Part shown: positions 1 to 15,800 of the stretch, in pieces | Layout: each line of letters opens with the position of its first letter | Position numbering within the stretch: the first letter of the stretch is position 1 | NCBI GenBank assembly: GCA_963693365.1 | Contig: CAVNZM010000013.1 | Location: 3,686,722 to 3,750,721 of the forward strand | DNA: 64,000 nt | Origin: Amoebidium appalachense | Lineage: Eukaryota > Protista > Ichthyosporea | Direction of reading: 5' to 3' | Made by a program: the position numbers and the translations under genes | Notes under the pieces: model-generated | Databases searched by the model: none | Told to the model about the DNA's origin: nothing | Seen by the model: the letters and a program-made list of their open reading frames with translations, nothing else

Positions 1-52
1 TTTTGGAGGAAAAAAAGTTTTTTTTTTTTTTTTGAGGGGGGGATGGAGGGGG

Positions 53-168
53 CTGTGCAAAAATGTGTGCATGTGTCTGTGTGTACATTTGGATTTTGTG
101 CTCGTTTGTCACTTTGTTTGTTTGTGTGTGTGTGGTGTGTGTGTACGTGTGCACGCGTGTGTATCACA

Positions 169-204
<36 letters not shown>

Positions 205-365
205 CAAATGTGGACGGTCCGTGTGGCGGTGCACAGTGTGTGTGTGTGTTTCCCCCCAACCTCCCTCCCTCCCTCCCTCCCCCCTCCCCCCCCCTCTCCT
301 TTTCCCAACCCTGTCCTGTGGATCCTTTTTATGGGCGGGGAGGTTTTTTCTTTTCTTTTTTTTTT

Positions 366-425
<60 letters not shown>

Positions 426-611
426 CTGTACGAACATGTGTGCATATGTCTGTGGGTTCATTTGGATTTTGTGCTCGTTTGTCACTGGGTGTGTTTGTGT
501 GTGTGGTGTGTGTGTGTGTGTGTGTGTGGCGCGCGCGTGTGTGTGTGCACGTGTGTATCACAATGTAGGTGTGGGTGTGTCTCCGTGCCTCCGAGTCACG
601 GTGCACGGTGT

Positions 612-612
<1 letters not shown>
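53..612. repeat. Diverged direct duplication (~370-bp period) in GT-rich sequence
   Basis: The segment CATTTGGATTTTGTGCTCGTTTGTCACT...GTGTATCACAA...GGTGCAC.GTGTG occurs at ~53-240 and again at ~425-612. Confidence 0.75.
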
Positions 613-656
<44 letters not shown>

Positions 657-2070
657 AAAAAAAAAAAAACTCCCGCAGCCCAGAGAATCCATAGGACAGA
701 GGCGGGCGGCGGGGCGGGCGGGCAGGTGGGTGGGCGGGCGGGCGGGCAGGCGGGCGGGCGGAAAGGGGAGGGGTGGGGGGGAAGGGGGATAGGGGGATAA
801 AATAGTGAACCCTACGGCCGGGAACCTTAAGATTTTAGACCCTACTTGAACCGTAATAACATTTACAGGTTATCTTAAAAGTGAGTGACCCCTGTTCAGT
901 GGCAGTTTACCCTCCCCTCCCCCCTCCCCCCTCCCGCGCCCCCTCCCCCCGGCCCAATCCCCCTCCCGCCCCGGCCCCCTCCCCCCCCCCCCCCCCCCCC
1001 CCCCAATATGCCCCCCTCCCCCCCCCCCCCTCCCCTCCTCCTCTCTCTCCCTCTGGGCCACGGCTGAAGGCATCATATGAAAGTCGTCGAGTCGAGGACC
1101 CCCCGACTCCAGTGGCAGCCGTAGTCACCAAAATCCTATTTGCCTGCCTGCTGAACAAGATCAAGGTGTTCTCGGCGGAACACGCCGCTCCACCATGCTC
1201 AAATTCGGGTCATGATTTGCGGGTCGAGCCATCTTTTGACCCGCTCCAGATTGCCTCGCCGAAGCTCTCTCTGCTGGCGCTTTGGCTTTGCGCGCGCCCC
1301 AGTGAGAGAGAGAGAGACACCAGACAGACACGTACGCCTGCCTGTTTGTTCCACTCTCCCTCTGTGCGTGCGGGCCAGCCACAAGCAAGGTTATTTGCTA
1401 CCTCTCTGGCATATACTTAGTTCACACGCACACACATTAACACTAGCTCTAACCTCCGTTTTTCAACGCAGTTTGTAGCGAATAGCCGATGAAAGACTGA
1501 GGATTTTACACACTCGCACGCTTCGCTTCACCCACTCACGTTTTTTTTAGGGTATTCCTTGCCCTGGCTCTAGTTTTATTCACGTTGTACTCCTCATATT
1601 ATAGTGGACACGGATACTTTATGTGCGTGCTCGCGGGGAGAGACATTGAGCAAACATTTTGTTCGTAACTTGTTTTTCCTTCTTCTTTACGTTCCTCCCC
1701 TCCTCTCTCCTGCCTTCCAACCCCTCGTCCGCTTTTCTTTTTGTAGTAGTTCAGGGGAGAGTGGGGGGAGGGGAGGGATGGAATGGGGGGTTTCCGTGTT
1801 GCATCTGCACGCACATACCTGTGCATGTCTGGTCTAGGTGCATTTCTGCACTTGTGTGGTGTGTAGGTGTAAGTGTGTTCTAGTGCGCGAGTGGTTGTCA
1901 ATATGTTTCGTTGTCAATAGAAGTGCATGTGCAGGTATGCACGTATGTATGTGCCGACAAGTGTTGTTGTGTCGGTAGGTACTCGCGCAAATATGTGAGA
2001 GAATTTTTTCTGCCTGTAGTCCTGTGCATGCTGGCACCTTTTTTTTGCTCATGTTTTGGGCGGTAGCAGC

Positions 2071-5783
<3,713 letters not shown>

Positions 5784-6033
5784 AAATTAAAACCACCCCG
5801 TGTGCATGGTGCTGCTTTTAGCCTGGTCTGCTGAGGTGGCACGTGCTACTTATACAATGTGTGACAACTGTGCGAGAGTGCAGGCATGTATGTGTATGCC
5901 CGTGTGTTGTGTGAGGGGGCGAAACCTGTGTGTGCGATTGTGTTTGTGTGTACATACCTTGTGTGGAGGGGTGTGTGTTTGACGGTGGGCGTGTACCAGT
6001 GTGTGTGTGTGGTGGCGGTGTGTGTGTGGGTTT

Positions 6034-6064
<31 letters not shown>

Positions 6065-6303
6065 GGGGGGCGGTGGTGGCGGTGGTTGAGGGGAGGGGGT
6101 ATGTGTATGTGCACACTCGTGTGTGTTGGTGTGTGCGTGTGTCATGCTGGCGGCGACGCCTCGGTGAAGGAGGAGGAGTTGGGGGGGAGGGGGGAGGATG
6201 ACGAGAGTATACAAAAGCTTCTTCAGCCTCAACCTTTCCTTTCCCTCTCAGATGTCCACTTGTTGTCTTGAAAAGCAGATGTCCCCACTAAAGAACACTT
6301 TGT

Positions 6304-6356
<53 letters not shown>

Positions 6357-6947
6357 ATATCCCCCACACACACAAAAAACAAAAGAAAAAAAAAACAAAA
6401 AAACAATACCATTGAGCTTGCAAGCAAACATCTGTCGAGGGCACAACCTTTGAGGCAAAGAAGCAATCTGCTGGCTCGCCAACCCTCCCGGGTAGCTCTG
6501 CTAGCAGGTTATGGTCGGCAACATGCAGAGAGTTGTGCCCAAACATACACCGTGCACTCTCGTGTGACCAAAACAACCATTAAGACATCATGGCACCTCC
6601 CTAGTAATACAGCCCTTTAATGGACTCACTTAAAATGAATAAATAGCTGCAAAATCAAGCTTTTCAACATTGTTACAAAAACCCCTCACTCCCACTGTGT
6701 ACCATGGGTTGGTAAGACACAAAATATTATCCGTGTTGAACTTTGACGGCATGGAAACCGTTACGACGAAATAGAAGTTGAAGTTGGATTGGTACACATT
6801 GGATAATCCTGTAGACGCAAATTCTTGGTCATATAAATATGTTGATGAATTCAGTGGCATGCTGAATAAATGAAAGAAGTTGAAAAAACCATTAAAATGG
6901 ATGTCAAAAATGGTGCCGGGCACTATGGTGTCGACCAATAGCAGCCG

Positions 6948-6984
<37 letters not shown>

Positions 6985-6990
6985 TCCTCC

Positions 6991-7239
6991 TCCTCCGTGG
7001 CACCGCCTACTTGTCTGAATCAAAAGTACTGCTGCCTTCCTCTTTTAGCCCTCTCGCAAAATGATTGCCTTAAGCCCCTGGCCACCCGTTTCCTCCCCCC
7101 TTCCCCCCCCCCGCCCCCCCCCCCCCCCTCCTCCTCCGTGGCACCGCCTACTTGTCTGAATCAAAAGTACTGCTGCCTTCCTCCTTTAGCCCTCTCGCAA
7201 AATGATTGCCTTAAGCCCCTGGCCACCCGTTTCCTCCCC
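6991..7239. repeat. Near-identical tandem duplication of ~105 bp separated by a C-run (period 141)
   Basis: TCCTCCGTGGCACCGCCTACTTGTCTGAATCAAAAGTACTGC...GGCCACCCGTTTCCTCCCC starts at 6991 and at 7132. Confidence 0.9.
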
Positions 7240-7242
7240 TCT

Positions 7243-7306
<64 letters not shown>

Positions 7307-8209
7307 ACATTTCCCGATATAAAGCTTCCTAGTCTTCTAATGATCACCACCACCACACGTGTGCACGCACCGTCACCCTGTGCACAAACTTCCCAGGTTC
7401 ACACAGAAGTCGGGAAGGGCAACGGCGGCAGAAGGGGAGGGGAGGGGGGAGTGGAGGTCGGGGGGGGGGGGGGGGGGGGGGGGGGAGGTTGATTCTTCCA
7501 GAATTCATTGAAGAAGCAAGCCCTCGGCCCTTGCGCCACCACCTCCTACATTGTCCACACCCCCCCCCCCCCCCCCCCCCCCCCCCTCCCCCCCCCTCCC
7601 CCTCTTTGCCTCGAGTAAACAGCGTAAACCCGGCGGAATATCCCCTCATGCCACCGTGACATTGACCACTGTGACTCTTATAAGCGGCATCTGTGCAGGG
7701 GGTAACACCGACTGAATGAACTTAGTTATTTGTGGGTAAAATCACTACGATAGAAGAATAGCAGTGCATTGTTTGAACAATAAATCAGAAGATGAAGACT
7801 ATAGAAGCCACCGAAACTAGGTGAAAAAAGCTTAAGGTTAGTGTTGTCAGAAAGGGGGGAAGGGGGGAGGGGGGGAGGGAGCTGGGGGAAGGGAGCGGAA
7901 CGAGAGGGACTGAGGCCTTGTGCCTTGCGACTCCATGGTGCACAACGTGAATGAAAGCTTCTGGCAGATTGATTCTTTTCCAAAAAATAATAAAAATAAT
8001 TATTAAAAAACTGATCCTCGATTCGTGGCCACGAACTGAGGACCAGGTCAAGGGGTAAAAGATACAATGTCGAAAAGAACAATCGTGTGCCCAATCATAT
8101 ATATATATATATATTTTGGTGTGTGTGAATGTGTGTGTGTGTGTGTGTGTGTGTCACGTGTGTGTGTGTGTGTGCGTGTGTGTGTGTGTATGCATGCGTG
8201 TGCATGTGG

Positions 8210-8262
<53 letters not shown>

Positions 8263-8286
8263 TGTGTGTGTGTGTCTGTGTGTGTG

Positions 8287-8317
<31 letters not shown>

Positions 8318-8619
8318 CCGCGCGCGCGTGCGCGCACGCATGTGTGTCTGTGTGTGTGTGTCTGTGTGTGTGTGTCTCTCTCTCTCTGTGTGTGTGTGTG
8401 TGTGTCCGCGCGCGCATGCGCGCGCGTGCGCGCACGCATGTGTGTCTGTGTGACTCTCTGTGTCCCCGTGTTCCTGTGTGTGTGTGTGCCCCGTGTGTGT
8501 GTGTGAAACGTGTGTCTGTGTATAACACACCAATAAAAGGCATCGGGTGGGGGTGTGTCTGTGTGGGGGGGGCATACGCAGCCGTCCAGCGATATTCAGG
8601 CACCTACCCCCTAAACTGC

Positions 8620-8640
8620 CCAGCACCCAGCCACCAAGTC

Positions 8641-8680
<40 letters not shown>

Positions 8681-8919
8681 TTCCCCCCCCCCCCCCTGCC
8701 TGCCCTGTGACCCCGCCCATCCACCCACCATCCCACCCACCCACCTGCCCACCCACGCGCCCAGCCACATTCCTATCCAGCTATCCATCCACCCACCCAC
8801 CCTCCCATCCGCACACCCACTCACCCACCCACCCACCCACCCACGTACCCAGCCGACCACCTACTCTATCAATCCGCTCACCTACCCATCCAGCCACCAA
8901 CCCACCCACCCACATGCCC

Positions 8920-8951
<32 letters not shown>

Positions 8952-9851
8952 ACCCACCCACCCTACCACCCACCCAGACCTACACACCCACCCACCCACC
9001 CACACACCCACACACCAGCATCCCCACCTACTTTGTTCATCCACGCGCCCACCCACCCAACCATCCACGCGCCCACCCAACTGCCCACCCACCAACCATA
9101 CACCCGCCAACCCACCAACCCCCTCATCTGCCCACCCATCCAACCGTCACCCACCCACCCATCCACCCACCTGCCCACCGACCCACCCACCCATTCACCT
9201 ATCCATCCACCTACCACAACCACCCATCCACCCAACCCCTCAACCACCCCTCCACCTACTGATCCAGCAACCCACCCACCCACCCACCCAACCATCCACC
9301 TGCCCACCCACCTGCCCAACCACCAACCATACATCCGCCAACCCACCAACCCACTCACCCGCCCGCCCACCCAACCATCCATCCACCCACCCACCCACCC
9401 ACCCGCCCGTTCACCTATCCATCCACCTACCACAACCACCCATCTACCCATCCCCTCACCGTGACCCACCGTGACCCATCTGCTGATCCATCAACCCACC
9501 TACCCACCCACCCACCCACCCACCCACCCACCCACCCACCTACCTGCCCGCCCACCCACACCAACCACCCACCCACCCACCCATCCACCCACCCACCCAC
9601 CCACCCACCTGCCCGCCCACCGACCCACTTACCTATTCACCTATCCATCCACCTACCACAACCACCCAACCACCCACCCCCTCACCCACCAACCGTGACC
9701 CATCTACTCATCCATCGGCCCACCCACCCACCCACCTACCGACCCACCGACCCACCGACCCACCCACCCACCCACCCACCTGCTCGCCCACTCACACCAC
9801 CCACCCACCCACCCACCCACCCACCCATCCACCCACCCACACCCCCCCCCC

Positions 9852-9882
<31 letters not shown>

Positions 9883-10838
9883 ACAAACACACCAGCAGCC
9901 CCACCCACTCATCCATCCATTCGCCCACCCACCCACTCACACATCCACCCACACACCTACACACCCAATCACCCACCCACCCATCTATCCATCCTCCAAC
10001 CCACCCATCCACCAACCCACCTATCCTTCCACCTACCCACCTACCCGCCCACCCACCCCCCTCCCACGCACACTCGTCCAACCACCCGCCTACCCGCCTG
10101 TCCAACCACCCACCCACCCACCAACCCACCCAAACACCCACCCACCCAGCACAGGGGGCCCACCCAACTATCCACCCAACTACCCACCCACCCACCCACC
10201 CACACACCCACCCACCCACCCACCCACCCACTGACCCGGCCCATCTATCCCACCCATCCACCTACCACACCCACCCACCTGGCCCACCAACCCACCCACC
10301 CGCCCACCCGCCCACCGACTCTGATGATCCATCCGCCCACCCACCTGTCCACCCACCCACAACCCACGCAACCACACACCCATCCGCCCACCAGCCCCCC
10401 CCCCCCCCCCCCCCCCCCCCCCTTCTCTCTCTCTCTCCCTCTCTCCCCCCCCCCCCCCCCCCCCACACACACCCGATCGTCCACCCACCCGCCCAGCCAC
10501 ATATCCACCCACCTATCCGATCCCACCCACCCACCCACCCACCCACCCGCCCACCGACCCACTAACCTATTCACCTATCCATCCACCTACCACAACCACC
10601 CATCCACCCACCCCCTCAACCACCAACCGTGACCCATCTACTAATCCATCGGCCCACCCACCCACCCACCCACCCACCCACCTGCCCGCCCACTCACACC
10701 ACCCACCCCCCCACTCCCCCACCCACCCATCCACCCACCCACCCGCCCACCCGCCCACCGACTCTGATGATCCATCCGCCCACCCACCTGTCCACCCACC
10801 CACAACCCATGCAACCACACACCCCTCCGCCCACCCAG

Positions 10839-10876
<38 letters not shown>

Positions 10877-12862
10877 TTCTCTCTCCCCCCCCCCCTCCCC
10901 CCCCCCCCACACACACCCGATCGCCCACCCACCCGCCCACCCACATATCCACCCACCTATCCACCCACCCACCCACCAACCTATACACCCATCCGCTCAC
11001 CCATTCACCCACCTACCACCTACCCGTTCACCCACCCACCCATCAACCCACCCACCAACCCGCGCCCCCCCACACCCCCACCCACCCACCCACCCACCTC
11101 CCACCCAGCCACCCACCTACCCACCCATCCATAGATGTGTCCGCGGCTCAGATTGCGGACCAAAAACTAGCAGGCCTGAATTGACGAGATAGGCCCGAAT
11201 ACCCTTTTCATCCATAAAAAACACTGTTTTCTATGCACTATAAGCCTAACAACCTTAGGCTTAAAACGCGAAGAATTAATAGACATTCATTGCTTAGCGC
11301 GACAAAAAAACATAAACTTCTACTAAGTAAGAATTGGTTTTGTAGGGCGCCGCTGGTGCTGGCGGCGTTGGAAGTTCAAATTGCCATCCGATGAGATGCC
11401 GCCAGGGGGAGCCTACGAATTTGAGGTGGCACATTTGATTGGCCAATTTTGATAGACAGTCCAACATTTCGAATTTCGGCTTCTATAAAGGGGGTGTGCA
11501 TTAACATTTTACTAGTGAAAGTTTGCGTCATAATTTATTATGTAGCAAAACTTGGTACCAGAATAAGCGTCTTTGTTTTCTACGCATTTTTAAGCATGTA
11601 TGGGGTTTTGACAGCCGGAGCAGCGGAGATAGTAAATGCTGGTGACATACGCCATTATCGATCTGGGCCTGCTAGCGTTTATTCCGTCGAATCTGGTCCC
11701 GGGCCGCCGCGGACACATCTATGCACACACACCCACCCACCAGCATCCCTACCTACTTTTTCCATCCACACGCCCACCCACCCACACACACACACAGACA
11801 TCCACCCACCCACCACCTCAGTAGTACCCACCCACCCACACACACTGGCACACACACATCCCCCCACCCACCACCTACCCACCCACCTACCAGCCCACCC
11901 AACTATCCACCCACCCACCAACCAACCCACCACTTATCTACCCACCCACCCACTCACCCACCCACCCAACCAGTGGCACCTACCTATCCAACCAACCAAC
12001 CAACCAACCACCCACCCACCCACCCACCTATTCATCAACCAGCCCAAGTATCCAACCCACCACCCACCCACCCACCCACCCACCCACCTACCCTCCCCCC
12101 CCCCCCCCCCCCCCCCCCCCACCTTGCCTACTAGTACCCCATTCACCCGCCCACCCACCCACCAATCGACCTGCCCACCCACCTCAGGCTGCCCACCCGT
12201 CCGTGGCACCACCAACGCACCCACGCACCCACCCGCCCACCCGCCCATCCAACCGCCCACCAACCAACCGCCCACCCACCTACCCACCCACTCCGTGACC
12301 CACCCGCCCATCCATCTATCCATCCATCCACCAAACCACCCACACATCCACCCACCCACCCACCCACTCACCTATCCATCAACCCTCCCCCCCCCCCCCC
12401 CCCCCCCCCCCCCCCGCCCCTCTTCCCCCCCATCCCCCCCCCAAAAAAAACACCACCCCCCCACCCACCCAACTCACCCAGCCACCCACCCTGTCACCCA
12501 CTTACCGGCCCATCCGGTTACAAACATAAACACCGACCAGCACTCCCACCCACTTTGTCCATCCATGCACAAACTCACCCACCCACCCACACACGTCATA
12601 GTGGCACCACATACCCGCAAACCTTTTCACTCACCCACCCACCTATGCATCCTCAGATGCATCCACTCACCTACTTATCCCCACCCACCCACCCACCCAC
12701 CCATCCACCGGAGTCCTACCCACCTACCCAACCACACACCGGCCCCAACCCCCGTAATAGCCATCCACCCACCCACCCAACTTTCCAACCCCCTACAACA
12801 AGCACCCACCCACCCACGCTCCCACCCACCCACCTACCCACCCACTCATCCATCCAACCCCC
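8620..12862. repeat. Degenerate (CCAC/CCAT)n low-complexity tract with internal duplications; (TGGG)n on the minus strand
   Basis: About 4.2 kb of CCACCCA-type repeats. Blocks such as CCCACCGACTCTGATGATCCATCCGCCC are duplicated at ~10311 and ~10754. The tract is interrupted by the 11130-11723 element. Confidence 0.9.
11130..11723. mobile_element. Non-autonomous TIR element with CATAGA ends (P-element-like MITE, family tentative)
   Basis: Perfect 18-bp TIR CATAGATGTGTCCGCGGC (11130-11147 / 11706-11723) and subterminal inverted CTAGCAGGCC (11167) / GGCCTGCTAG (11666). Unique interior inserted in the CCAC tract; TSD not clean. Confidence 0.75.
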
Positions 12863-15800
12863 CATTCTTGGCGGGGGACCAGACGGAGTGAATGGACGTC
12901 GCATTCTTGACGGGGGACCGTACGGAGGGAAATTCGAGGTAAATTCCTTTTTTGGCAAAAAAAAAAGACGTGGCATTCTTTGCGGGCGACCAGACCGAGT
13001 GTTTGGACGCCGCATTCTTGGTGGTTGACCAGGTGGAGTGCATGGACTCCGCATTCTTGGCGGGGGACCAGACAGAGGGAACTGAGGTAACTTCCTTTTT
13101 TGGCCAAAAAAGAATTCGACACTGCATTCTTGGTGGGGGACCAGACGGAGCGAATGGATGCCGCATTCTTGGCGGGGGACAAGACAGAGTGAATGGACGC
13201 CGCATTCATGGCGGGGGACCAGGCGGAGGGAATGGGAGTAACTTCCTTTTTTCGGCAAAAGAAAATTGGACGCCGCCTTCTTGGCGAGGGACCAGACAGA
13301 GTGAATGGACACCGCATTCTTGGCGGGGGACCAGACGGAGGGAATGAAGTTAACTTCCTTTTTTGGCCAAAAAAAAGGACAGCGCATTCTTGGCGGGGGA
13401 CCAGGCGGAGTGAATGGACGCCGCATTCTTGCCCGGGGACCAGACAAAGGCCCTAACTTCCATTTTTGGCCAAAAAAAGGACGCCGCATTCTTGCAGGCG
13501 ACCAAGACGGAGTGATTGGACGGCTCATTGTTGGCGGGGGACCAGACGGAAGGAATAGAGGTAACTTCCTTTTTTGGCAAAAATAAAGGACGCCGCATTC
13601 TTGGCGAAGGCCAGACGGAGTGAATGGACGCCGCATTCTTGGTGGGGGACCAGACGGAGGAAATGGAGGTAACTTCCTTTTTTGGCCAAAAAAAAATGCG
13701 GAATTATCGGCGGGGGACCAGACGGAGTCAATGGACACCGCATCAGTCTTGGCGGGGGACCAGACAGAGGGAACGAACGCAACTTTTGGCCAAAAAACAA
13801 TGGACGCCGCATTCTTGGCGGTGGGGGCGGCAGACGGAGGGAATGGAAGCACCTTCCTTTTTTGGAGGGGGGGCCACCCATAGAGCTTGCTACTAGTAGA
13901 GATTACCAATGTCACGGAAGGGAAGAGAGGGAGGGGGGAGGGGGGGGGGGGATGGACGCCGCATCCTTGGCGGGGGATTAGACTGAGGGAACAGAGGTAA
14001 CTTCCTTTTTTGGCCAAAAAAAAAGACGCCGCATTCTTGGGAGGGGCCAGACAGAGTGAATGGATGCTGCATTCTTGGCGGGGGACCAGACGGAGGGAAT
14101 GGAGGTAACTTCCTTTTTTGCCCCCCCCCCCCCCCCCCCCCCCCACACACACCCATAAAAAGGACGCCGCGTTCTTGGCGGGGGAACAGAGGGAGTGAAT
14201 GGACTCCGCATTCTTGGATGGGGACCAGACGGAGCGAATGGACGCTGCATTCTTGACGGGGGACCAGCTGGAGTGAATAGACGCTGCATTCTTGGCGGGT
14301 GACCAGACGGAGGGAATGGAGGCAACGTCTTTTTCTGGCCAAAAAAAAAATTGGACGCGTCTTTCTTGGCGGGCCGGGGACCAGGCGAAGTGAATGGACG
14401 CCACAATCTTGGTGGGGGACCAGACCGAGGGAATGGAGGTAACTTCCTTTTTTGGACAAAAAAAAGGACGCCGAATTCTTGGCAGGGGACCCGAGGGAGT
14501 GATTGGACGCCGCATTCTTGGCGGGGGACCAGACTGAGGGAACGGAGGTAACTTCCTTTTCTGGCAAAAAAAAAAAGGACGCCCCCGCCAAGAATGGAAC
14601 ATCCAATCACTCCGTCTGGTCCCCCGCCAAGAATGCAGCGTCCTTTTTTTTTTGGCAAAAAAGGAAGTTAACTCCATTCCCTCCGTCTGGTTCCCCGCCA
14701 AGCATGCAGCGTCCATTCAATCTGTCTGGTCCCCCGCCAAGAATGCGGCATCCTTCAAAGTTTTTTATTTGCCAAAAAAGGAGGTTTCCTCCATTCCCTC
14801 CTTCTGGTCTCCAACCAAATAAGCGGCGCCCATTCACTACGTCTAGATCCCCGCCAAGAATGCGGCGTCCATTCACTCTGTCTGGTCGTCTGCCAAGAAT
14901 GCGGCTTCCTTTTTTTTTTTTTGCCAAAAAAGGAAGTTATCTCCATTCCCTCCGTCTGCCTCTCCTGCCAAGAATCCGGCGTCCACTCACTCCGTCTGGT
15001 CCCCCGAGAAGAATGCGGCGTCCTTTTTTTTGCCAAAAAAGCAAGTAAACTCCATTCCCTCCGTCTGGTCCCCTGCCAAGAATGCAGAGTCCGTTCACTC
15101 CCTCTGGTCCCTCGCAAAGAATGCGGCGTCTATTCACTCCGTCTAGTGGTAGCCCCCAAAGAATGCGGTGTCCTTTTTTTTTGTCGAAAAAGAAAGTTAC
15201 CTCCATTCCCTCTGTCTGGTCCCCCCCCAAGACTCCGGCGACCAATCACTCCATCTGGTCCCCAGCCAATAATTCGGCGTCTTCTTTTTATTTGGCCAAA
15301 AAAGGAAGTTATCTCCATTCCCTCCGTCTGGTCCCCCGCCAAGAATTCGGCGTCCATTCACTCCGTCTGGTCCCCCGTCAAGAATGAGGCGTCCATTCAC
15401 TCCGTCTGGCCGCTGTCTGGTCGCCCGCCAAGAATGTGGCGTCCTTTTTATTTTTTGCCAAAAAAGAAAGTTACCTCAATTCCCTCAGCCTGGTCCCCTA
15501 CCAAGAATGCGGCATCCATTCACGCCATCTGGTCTCTGGAAATAATGTGGTGTCCTTTCACTCTGTCTGGTCGCCCGCCAAGAATGCTGTGTCCCTTTTT
15601 TTGGTTTTAAAATTTGGCCTAGGAGAAGAGGTACCTCCATTCTCTCCGTCTGGTCCCCGGCCAAGAAGGCGGTGTCCATTCACTCTGTCTGGTCCCCCGC
15701 CAAGAAGGCGGCGTCCTTTTTGATTTGCCAAAAAAGGAAGTTTTCTCCACTCCCGCCTTCTGGTCTCCAGCCAAATATGCGGCATCCATTCACTACGTCT

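Noticed and set aside
881-1420. Non-repetitive ORF segment upstream of NDUFS5
   Set aside because: No recognisable motif and no coherent exon chain on either strand.
8116-12891. Pro/His/Thr-rich and Gly/Trp/Val-rich ORFs (extensin- or mucin-like)
   Set aside because: These are translations of (CCAC)n and (GT)n simple repeats.
12716-14716. 666-aa ORF and other long ORFs over the satellite
   Set aside because: They are open in several frames on both strands because the unit is poor in stops, and variable homopolymers cycle the same peptides through frames.
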